Virus record (IMG/VR): IMGVR_UViG_3300035135_001025
Coordinates: 1 to 25,883 of that record
From: a virus
Lineage: Duplodnaviria; Caudoviricetes
Direction: 5' to 3' (one strand)
DNA length: 25,883 bases
Shown here: positions 1 through 10,700 of the stretch, in pieces
How the letters are laid out: the number at the start of each line of letters is the position of its first letter
Numbering within the stretch: the stretch's first letter is position 1
Notes under the pieces: model-generated
Told to the model about the DNA's origin: nothing
What the model saw: only the letters and a program-made list of their open reading frames with translations
Database searches by the model: none
Made by a program: the position numbers and the translations under genes

Positions 1-1
1 T

Positions 2-1780
2 GACTTTGAAGGATCTAACTTTTCAGTCTTAATTGACCTATTAGCGTATAACTCGTACATCACTGCGTTCAATACGAACATGACAGTGAACGAGGTGTTC
101 CTTGATAGTGCAACATTGAGAGAAAATGTTGTTGCATTAGCGAGAAATATTGGATATACCCCAAGATCTGTTCGTTCTGCACGAGCAAGAGTCGCTTTTA
201 ACATCATTTTGACTGATAGCACTGATGTTAGAACTGTTACTCTTAAAGCCGGACAGGTTGCACAGGGTGGTTTAACCGATACTTCATACATTTATTCGAT
301 TCCTGAAGATTTTACTACTTTAGTGGACAGTCAAGGTCAAGCCACCTTTGAAAATCTTGAAATTTATGAAGGAATTTTCGTAAAAAACACTTTTACTGTC
401 GATTCTTCAATTCCTAACCAAAGATTTATTCTTCCAAACGCAAATATCGACACCACAACGGTAAGAGTTACTGTAAAAACGAATGTAACTGAGCAATATA
501 GCCTTTATACCGATATTTTGAACGTCGATAGTAATTCTAGACTCTTCTTATTGGAAGAAGTTACCGATCAGAGGTATGAAGTTCGCTTTGGTGACGGAAT
601 TTTGGGTAAAAAACCTGATTCTGGATCAATTATTGAAGTTTCATACATTGTGAGTGGTGGTAGGGAAGGAAATGGAGCTGTAAATTTCACTTTCTCGGGA
701 ATTTTAAAGGATAATAACGCAAATCCAATAACAAGTGGACTTTCTGCACTAAGAACAATTTCTGCAGCACAAAATGGAGACGATATTGAAACTCTCGACT
801 CTATTAAGTACCTGGCACCCCGTGTATACTCCTCACAGTTCCGTGCCGTGACCGCCGCAGACTATAAAGGACTCATTCCATATATTTTTACTAACATCGA
901 TTCTGTGACCGCCTACGGGGGTGAGGAGTTGGATCCTCCAGAGTACGGAAAGGTGTTTATTTCGATTAAACCAAGAGGGGCAAACACTCTTTCTCAAATT
1001 ACAAAGGAAGAAATCTCAAGATCTTTAAAACAGTACTCAATTGCGGGTATTAAACCCGAACTTATTGATCTTAAGTATTTGTTTGTTGAATTTGACACTA
1101 CAATTTATTATAACAAGAACCAGACTTCGGATGTTTCCTTAATTAGAACAAAAGTACTTAATACTTTAACAACATATTCGAGATCGAGTGATACTAACAA
1201 TTTCGGTGGAAGAGTTAAATATTCAAAAATTAATGCACTAATTGACGACACAGATCAAGCGATTACTTCCAACATTACAAAAGTAAGAATGCGTAGAGAT
1301 GTATCTCCAGCTTTCAACACTTTTGCAACTTATGAAATTTGTTTTGGAAATAAAGTCTATATTAAAAAAGACGGATATTCTATTAAATCATCTGGATTTA
1401 AAATATCTGGTGTGAATGATACCCTGTACATGGGTGATATCGCTACTGATAATAGTACAGGTAGAGTCTTTTTCTTTAAACTTGTCAATAACATTCCTTC
1501 AATTGTTAAGATAAATGCTGGAACAATTGATTACGTTAAAGGAGAGATACTTTTAGATGTTGTAAATATAACATCTACTACGTTAAATAATAATGTTATT
1601 GAAGTGGAAGCAGTACCAGAATCGAATGACATTATTGGACTGAAAGATCTATATCTCCAAATTGACGTTGGCAATTCTGTGGTAAATACAGTGGAGGATA
1701 CCATTACCTCAGGCGAGAATACTGCTGCAACATTGTTTGTTCCTACATCTAGCTACCTAAACGGACAGTTTACAAGATAA
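2..1780 (+). CDS. gp6: T4-like baseplate wedge subunit gp6 (5'-truncated; true start lies upstream of the window)
   Basis: The frame is open from nt 2 and reads DFEGSNFSVLIDLLAYNSYITAFNTNM into the called ORF at 80, so ATG 80 is internal. gp6 motifs: FLDSATLRENVVALARNIGYTPRS, YEVRFGDGILGK, APRVYSSQFRAVTAADY, GGEELDPPEYGKVFISIKP. Sits directly before gp7/gp8-like genes. Confidence 0.93.
   Translation, partial: DFEGSNFSVLIDLLAYNSYITAFNTNMTVNEVFLDSATLRENVVALARNIGYTPRSVRSARARVAFNIILTDSTDVRTVTLKAGQVAQGGLTDTSYIYSIPEDFTTLVDSQGQATFENLEIYEGIFVKNTFTVDSSIPNQRFILPNANIDTTTVRVTVKTNVTEQYSLYTDILNVDSNSRLFLLEEVTDQRYEVRFGDGILGKKPDSGSIIEVSYIVSGGREGNGAVNFTFSGILKDNNANPITSGLSALRTISAAQNGDDIETLDSIKYLAPRVYSSQFRAVTAADYKGLIPYIFTNIDSVTAYGGEELDPPEYGKVFISIKPRGANTLSQITKEEISRSLKQYSIAGIKPELIDLKYLFVEFDTTIYYNKNQTSDVSLIRTKVLNTLTTYSRSSDTNNFGGRVKYSKINALIDDTDQAITSNITKVRMRRDVSPAFNTFATYEICFGNKVYIKKDGYSIKSSGFKISGVNDTLYMGDIATDNSTGRVFFFKLVNNIPSIVKINAGTIDYVKGEILLDVVNITSTTLNNNVIEVEAVPESNDIIGLKDLYLQIDVGNSVVNTVEDTITSGENTAATLFVPTSSYLNGQFTR
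1681..1688 (+). promoter_or_regulatory. Possible degenerate late promoter GGTAAATA inside the gp6 3' end, upstream of gp7
   Basis: TAAATA core about 95 nt before ATG 1782. Only 6/8 match, and other TAAATA cores occur nearby (e.g. 1563-1568), so support is weak. Confidence 0.25.
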
Positions 1781-1781
1781 A

Positions 1782-4700
1782 ATGACAGAAAAGAGAGTTA
1801 GCATCAACGAGATTATCGAATCTCAGATTCCTGATTTTTTACTTCAGGACGCTCCTACGTTTACTAGTTTTCTTAAACAATATTACAAATCCTTAGATTT
1901 TAGGGGTGGTGCGGCTGATCTTGCAGTAAATTTAAAGGAATATAAAAATATTGAAGAGTTTAGGATTGATAATCTAATCCCTTATACTGCTTCTCTAACA
2001 AGTATCACAACAATTGATGATACTATTCAGGTAGCTAGTACTTTAGGTTGGCCAGATAAAAATGGATTATTAAAAATTGATGATGAGATAATCCATTATC
2101 AAACTAAAACAGCAACAACTTTTGAAAATTGCACAAGAGGTTTTAGTGGAACGGATTCTATCAAATCTGCTGAAGATACTGAATTTTTAAGTTTTAGAGA
2201 TTCTAATAGTGCAGATCATGCTGCAGGAACATTAGTCTATAACTTAAGCAATCTTTTCTTACAAGAATTTTTTATTAAATTTAAAGCTGAATTTTTACCT
2301 GGATTTGAAAACAGGAAATTCACAGATGGTGTTGATATTCAAAATATTTTAACAAGGGCAAAAGATTTTTATAGAGCAAAAGGAACTGATACTTCATATA
2401 AAATTCTTTTCAAAGTTCTTTTTGGACAAGATGTTGAAATTATTAAACCACAGGACTTCATGTTGGTCCCGTCTGATAATAATTATTTTATTACAAAAAA
2501 TGTTCTTTTAGAAAAAGTTAGTGGCGGAGATCCACTACTAATTAAAGGAAATCCACTTCTGCAAAATATTGCTGGTGTTGGTACTGTATCATCTTCAATT
2601 TACAATATTGAATATAGACCTATAGACGGAAGAGACTTCTATGAGGTTTCCTTGGACTCTTCAGACTTCTCCAATCTATTCGAGGCGTCTGGTAAAACAA
2701 GACTCTTAGAGGACGTGCCAGCGGGGTCTGACAACATTCTAGTAGACTCTACCGTTGGATTCTCAAAGGCCGGTAACGTACATATCAAGCCAAAGGGTTC
2801 TAATAATTATATCAATGTCTCTTACACAGATAAAACTACCAATCAGTTTTTAGGTTGTCAAGGAATTAGTGCAGAATTAGAAGTAAATTCTTCCATTGTT
2901 GAAGATAAATTTGCATATAGTTATATTGGATTTGGACAAACGTCCAGAGTTGACTTTCTACTTACCAATGTTGTTGATGATATTGACTTTAGTGCAACTT
3001 CTAATCTGAAAGTAGATGATGTAATTTCCCTTTCTGGGTTCGGTAAAGATCTTAGAGACTTCAGAGAATTTAATAGCTGGTTATATAACATTCCAACAGA
3101 CCACACAATTGAATCTGTCAGTCAGGTAGATTCAAATAAGTATCGTATAAAATTATTTGACTCAATTATATTTTACGTAGGACAATTAGTAAGTCTTTCC
3201 GATGAACAATCTAGGACTTCTCAAGGAACTATTGTTGATATTGTTTATCCATCGGCTAATGAAATAAAAAAGTATTCCCAAGAAGTAGTTGTTCAAATAA
3301 CATCGACAAATCATACTATTAGTGATTCTGTTATTTTATCCAAGAGAATTTTAAAAGGAAGTCACTATAATAGTGCATTTAATTATATTTCAAAAATTCC
3401 AACAGGTGTTCAGAATACTTATATAACTCCGAACGAAAAAGATTTTTATGTAACTTCTACTGGAATGCCAAACTATCAGATATTTGCATCTGATACTAAA
3501 AAACCATTGAGTGTCGTTGGTGTGAACACCACCGAAGTTATAAACTCCACTAATCATGGATTTTATAATGGAGAAAATGTATATTTTATTCCAACAGATG
3601 CTGCGGCTGTTGGTGTTGACACTGGATTTTATTTCATAAGTTCTATAGATAAGGATAACTTATCACTATCCTTCAGTAAGGCGGATTCTTTTGGAGACAA
3701 ACATGTTTCAGTTACTCCAAATGGTGGGGTAGTTGGTAATTTGTTTAGAGCAAGTTACGAAAATAAAAATATTCAAAATCAAAAATTATTTAAGAAATTT
3801 AACTTATCCAAAGAGAAAAATTTCTTTGATGATAAAAATCGTAGATCAACCGATAATCGTTATATCGGAATGTTGGGAAATGGGGTTGAAATCCTATCTC
3901 CAACATTATTTGATGAAAATGTATTTTATGGAAGAATTGCTGACATTCAAGTAACAAATTCTGGTGAAGATTATGATGTAATTAATCCACCACAGTTGGA
4001 AATTGTTGATCCTCAGGGATCTGGTTGTAAAGCACATGTCAATGTTAGTGGATCTGTTCAAGAAATTAAAGTATTGAAAGCTGGTGTTGGATATGCTTCT
4101 AAACCTGATATTTCTATTACTGGTGGAAATGGAACTGGTTGCGTTTTAGAGTCAAATTTAGTTAAAACAAGAACAGTTCTCCAGTTCAAACCAACTCAAC
4201 CTGGTATTGATATTGCTGCAAATACAATCAACTTTGGCGAAAATCACAATCTTCAAGTTGGTGAAGAAGTAATTTATAACAGTAATAAGAATGCAAATAT
4301 TGGAGGTTTGGTTGGAGATTCACACTATTACGTTTCCACACCCACTACACAAATCGTAAAACTTCACAGCACTCCACAAGACGCTGCCGCAGGAATTAAT
4401 ACTATCAGTATTACTGGAATTAGTTCTGGTTTCCATGCGATTGAGAGTCTTACTGTAAAAAATACTATAAGTACAATTTATGTAAAGGAAAAAGGACAGG
4501 GATATTCCAATAGAGCTGTAAAAATTCCTTCTGTCAATACTATTGGCAACAGGTCTGGAATTAATACATATGATTCATACATTTACGCAAGAAATCATGG
4601 ATTTAACAGTGGAGAAGTAGTACATTATTTTACTACTAATACTGTAATATCTGGAATGCAAACTGGTGCTGATTATTACATAGATGTACTAGACACAAAT

Positions 4701-7700
4701 AGATTTAGAGTTGCTATTGCTGGAACTATTGTACCTACTGAAAATTACGATCATAAAAAGTTTATTAGTTTCAACGATATTGGTATAGGTACTCACACCT
4801 TTGCATATCCTAAAATTGTCATTTCTATCAATACTACTGCAGAACAAGGAGATATTGATATTGTAGAACCAGAGTTAGAACCAAAAATTCTTGGATCTAT
4901 TGATGATGTTTTTGTGGAAGATGGTGGAGTTTCTTATGGATGTACAAGTCAATTCAACTATCATAGAAGACCAGATGCAAGAACTACAAAAATACAAAGC
5001 AAAGCTCTTCTTGCACCAATTATTGTAGATGGTACTATTGTTGATGTTAAAATTATCAATAAAGGTCATGGTTATCGACTAGATTCTGATATTATTATTA
5101 ACGGAGAAGGAAATTTTGCAGATTTGGTTCCTACTGTAGAATCTGGCAAAATCACCTCAGTTAAAGTTCTGAATGGTGGTGTTGGTTATGTTAATGGAAG
5201 TACTACACTTTCTGTTGAGGCTAGGGGTAAGAACGCTAAATTCTTAGCTAACGTAACTAACTGGAAAGTCAATCAGGTAGAGAAACTTAAAGATCAAATC
5301 TCTGATGAAGACGATGGATTTTTACTACCAAGTAGAAATGAAACTCTAGGACTTCAGTTTGTTAATTTCTTCGTTCCTAAAAAACTGAGATATCAGTTGG
5401 GTGATAACTTTACTCAGAATAATGTAGAAACTCCAAACAATAAAGTACACTCGCCAATTATAGGATTTGCATATGATGGTAATCCAATCTATGGTCCATA
5501 TGGATATCAAAATATTCTTGGTGGTGGAATAAAACAAATTAAAACTGGATATGAAATTGATGTAGACACTACACCTGGGGTTAGACCAACTGATCCAATA
5601 TTTACGGCAGGTTTCTTTGTAAATGATTACGTTTACAATGGAACTGGAGACCTTGATGAAAACAATGGCAGATATTGCAAGACTCCAGAATATCCAGACG
5701 GAACTTATGCATATTTTGTTTCTCAAAATACCGATCAAACTGGAAAATCCCAACCAACTTATCCATACTTCATTGGACCATATTTCCATTCTCAGCCTAT
5801 TGAAGAAAACTTCTTACCATCAATTAACCAAGATGTTGATATTGCTGCTCATGGATTAACCAGGAATGTATCTCAGTATTATATTACTTCAAATAATTCT
5901 AAGTATAGACCAATTGACAAAGTTGATGAAAAATTCAAACAAGAGTTTAGAGTCTCTGAAATAAGAACTTCTGGTATTAAAGACACTGCAGTCTTTTCTC
6001 CAGGAGATGGGTATAAAGTAGGTGATAGTTTAGTAATTAAAAATAGAGGAGAAAGTGGCGGTGGTGCAAATATTGCTATCTCCAAAATCAAAGGTAAGAC
6101 CGTTGATACTTTTGGAGTAAATGAAACAGTAACGTCTGGCGTTGTATTTGATCTTAAGAAATTAGACACTGTAGAGTGTAAACTTACCGATCCTCATGAA
6201 ATTTTAAATAATGAAACTATTAATATCTCTGGCATTTCTACGACATCCGCAAAGTCTGTAGAAGGTGATAGGGTAGTAAGTATTAGAAATAAAACAACTA
6301 AGTTGACCGCTGACATGATCAGCGCTACTGGTGTTACAACTACAATTTTTGTTAATGATATCAGTGGATTCCGTGTAGAAGATATGATCGGAATCGGTAC
6401 GGAAATTTGCAGAATTATTAGAATTGATGACAAAAATTCTGCATTTGATATTAATAGATTAGAGTATCCAGGAATCCACACAGCTTTTAATGATAATCAT
6501 CTCGTTACATTAAAACCAACTGTTTTTGAGATTACTCTGAATCCAGATGAAGTTCCTGATGATTATGTTTATACTAATGAAGTTACTTATTTTGATCCAA
6601 AAGTTACTGTAGGCACTGGAACAACTGGGTCCGTAAGAGAAGTTCTTGGTGTAGGTGGAACTATTGTTGAATATAGAACTGTACCAAAGAGTTCTATCTA
6701 TATTCCTGGACACAAGTTTTATACAGGGCAAGAACTTAAGTATCATGTAGGACTTGCTGGTACTTCTCTATACATTAATAATGTTGGTTCTGGTGTTTCT
6801 ATATCACTTGTTAATGGACAGTCGGTATATGCAGTAAACCTTGGTCATGACCATGTTGGTATTTCTACTATTGGATTTACTTCAACTACGGGTATTGGAA
6901 CCCAGTTAAACGCCGCAGAGTTCGTAAACTTTGATTCAAGTTTCCCTCTAATTGGTGCTGCACACTCTTTTGCAACTGTTAATAAAGAAATTACTGGAAC
7001 TATTGAGAGATATAGTGCAACAGTGGGAACCGCAGTATCTCATGGTTTGGCTTCTGGAGATAGAATCACATTCTCCATAAACAATAGAGAGGTTGATAGT
7101 ATATCTGTCTTCTACAATCCTGTTATTAGGAAGATGACAACAGGACCTGTCTCTTTTGGTGCCAGTGATATTTCTATAACAGATAATACTATAGATCTTT
7201 CTGGAAAGAAAATTGAACAAGGTGAAAAAGTAGTTTATATTTCTGATAACCCAGCAGATGGTCTTGTCAATAATAAGTGTTACTTTGTATTTAAAACAGA
7301 TAAGGATAAAATCAAACTCACTGAATATTTTAGTGACATTGATAAGGGAATAACAGTTAATATTGATACCGTAGGTGGATCTGATCACAATCTGTATAGA
7401 GTAAATCCCCCATTAAAATTCATCAAAAATGATACTATTAGTTTTGATATTTCAGACTCTAGTGTTGCTGAAATGGACCTGGAATTCTATGAAGATCCAG
7501 ATTTTACCAGAAGACTTGAAATTGTCGGAAATAATGAAGAAGGATTTTCTATTACCAGGGAAGGAACTCCTGGTACTGCAGATGCAAAGGTACAAATAAA
7601 AACAACCAATAGTAGTATTCCTTCCGCCTTATATTACACCTTAATACCAAAAGGGCCCGCCGATCCAAGAAAGAGTGAAATATCTAGAGATTTGAAAGTA

Positions 7701-10700
7701 GTTGGTGCGAACAAAATAGATATAGTTCCACACTCACTAAACAGTGATTATATTATCACTGTAAGTGACAACACCAATTACTTATTCAATCTTAATAGAA
7801 GACCAACTGATGCTGAAAAGTCTTCTTATAATAGTTCTAATACTACAGTAACTTATACAACTACTTCAAAAACTGCAAGTGGTCCTATTGATAAACTTAG
7901 GATTAACTTTGCAGGTGTTGGATATGATAGATTACCTTTGATTGACAGTATTAAAACCGTAAAAGGAAAAGACGCAAACATTAAGTTAATTTCTGACGAT
8001 ATTGGTAAAGTTGAGAAGTATGAAAGAGTAAAGGATGGATTTGATTATCCAACCGATCCGACTCTATCTCCACTTTTAAGTACCCCATCAGTTGTAGGTA
8101 TAAAAGATATTAGAACTATTGATTATATTGGAATAACTACTGGAGGTAGAGGTTATAATCAAACTCCAACTCTTATTGTTCCAGATAAAACAAGTATTAA
8201 ATTAATTCCAACCTTAGAAGGTGGTTCTATTACTAAGGTTGAGGTGGCTGAAAATGCAATTGACTTTAGTTCGGCACTTGATATTGTTACTATCCACCAC
8301 TCTCAGGGATTTGATATTGATTTCTTTACCATTAATGGATCATCGATCACTGCGGAACTATCTAATGCTGATATTCTCACCTCAGGTGTTACTACAGCGT
8401 TCCCATTTGATGTTGGTGACGAAGTATTTGTTGAGGGTTGTAGACTAACTGCAGCTACTGACCATTTAGCAAACTTTAATTCCGATGCATACGATTATAA
8501 GTTCTTCAAGGTAACTGGAATTAGTACCACGAATAATACTGTCACTTATGACATGACGGGTATCACTACTGGTACTTTCGGTGTTTATGATGATGGAATT
8601 ACTCTAGGTTATCTTGTTAACAAGAAACAGGTGCCACAATTCGAGATGGTCCTGAAAGATGATGTTGCTTATCTATCCAAGGAAAAGGTAACTGGACCTA
8701 CATTCTCTGGAATAGCTATGGAAGGTGGTTGGGATAATGACCTCAATCAACTTAGAGTTGGTAGATCATTCGGACAACTTAGAACTGGAGACAAACTTAC
8801 TGGTGAAAGTTCCAAAGTAATCGGAACAGTTGAGTATTTTAGTATCTTCAATCTCAGTTCTACTTTGGGAATTTCTAGAGATAAAGTTGCTGAGTTGGAT
8901 AAGTCTGTCGGTATTCTAAATGATTTCCAACAAAGGATTTCAGACAACTTCTACTATCAGAAGTTCTCATATTCTATTAAGAGTCAACTAAGTTATGATA
9001 AGTGGAAAGAACCAGTAAGATCTCTTGTACACCCATCGGGATTCAAAGAGTTCTCGGACTTTGAATTTATTACTAAACCAACCACTTCAGAAGTTTCTGT
9101 TGGCATTGCTAAGTCTGCGGATTTAAAACCAATTGTTGTAGATAGCACTTCTTCTCTATTAGTAAATATTGATCAACTAGTATCATTTAACGACAGAGTT
9201 GGATTTAATATGGTTTATGAGGAAGATTTACTTCCTGATGGATCAACACAAAAGATCTTTATGGATGGTGGAATTCCAATTAAGAGCTTTATTCTCAGTA
9301 AAACTAATAAAGTCATTAAGATTGATGATATTTCTGATCAGTTCAATGGTAGTTCTGAACAAAAATTGGACGGCACTTATGCAGATGCTTCAGATCTTTT
9401 AGATCTTAATAGACAATTCTTAATTGATGAGGTTTTAGCGAAAGTAAATTACAACTATGTAAGTTTTGCTTCTAGTACATCTTATGATGCAGAAGCATTT
9501 AAAGCTAAGACTGGTAGAGTAATTGACGCAGTTTCTTCTGATCTCAAATATAATGCAAACAACCATACTGTTAGTGTTGCATCTTCTTATTGGAGTGGTG
9601 GAAATTCTATCGGTATCAATACTACTGAAACGATTTATGGATTTAACTATCTACGTTTCTTAGGGCAGTATGTTGTTAATAACCAAACTCCACCAACATA
9701 CTATCAAACTGGTACACCTCAACAGTTTAATCTAAGTGTTTTGCAAGATCCAGCGAACGATTATTTTGTTCTCAATCATGATGCTAGAGATCTTATTGTT
9801 GAAAATAAGAGAGAGATCTTGGATAAAGCTCTTGCATCTGTCGCTATTCCATATCCAACATTCATTATTCCAGGTAGTACTGCGAATGAAGAACAAAACA
9901 GATATGCAATTGGTTATAAGTTAATCAAAGAAAACCAACAACAAATTATTGATGAAACAATGACATCAGGTATTGCACAATACACTGGTATTTCAACGCA
10001 AGAAACTAAAGCGAGAATGATTCTTGGTAGATTTGTTGATGCTGTTGCAACTGACTTATTTACTGGTGGCAATAGATACGCTAGACAGGAAGCGTTATAT
10101 TATTTTGATGGACCATTCCCCGATAATGATAAGTTGGTTATTAAGGCAGAAGAAACTAATTACCTCTTTGATGTTGCAAGAAACAAGATGAGAATTGCCG
10201 TTAGAAATGGCATGGGAGTGACTTATGCTGCTTCTGAAGGTCCACCAGTATATGGCGTTGGAACAACAGTTTCAAATACTGCAGTTGATGCTTGTCAAGA
10301 TGTCCAAAATACGATTATTACTCTTTCTGCGGTCGTAACTGGACCAATTGGAGTTGCAACTCTTACTTCATTGCCTGGAGAAAATGTCGGAACATATTCT
10401 ACTGGTGTTGCTAAGTGTTACAGAGATCTTAAGTACATCGTTGATGGTGTTGCTCAAGATATTGCATATGACACTAATCAACATACCGTAAGAAACACCA
10501 AGTTCTACTTTGACGCACAGGGTAATCAGAAGACTGATGGTCTTGTCTATGAAGAAGCTGAGTCTATCTACATCTTCAGATCCGCAATGGATTATATGAA
10601 GAAGGCAGTTAGAAATGAGTTGTATTATACTGACGATACTATTGTTCCTCTCAATCTACCTGGAGTTGGCGCTAGTGCCTATACCGCAAGTATTCAAACA

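Noticed and set aside
80-82. ATG 80 as the gp6 start
   Set aside because: The frame is open to the window edge and encodes conserved gp6 sequence (DFEGSNFSVLIDLLAYN), so the real start is upstream.
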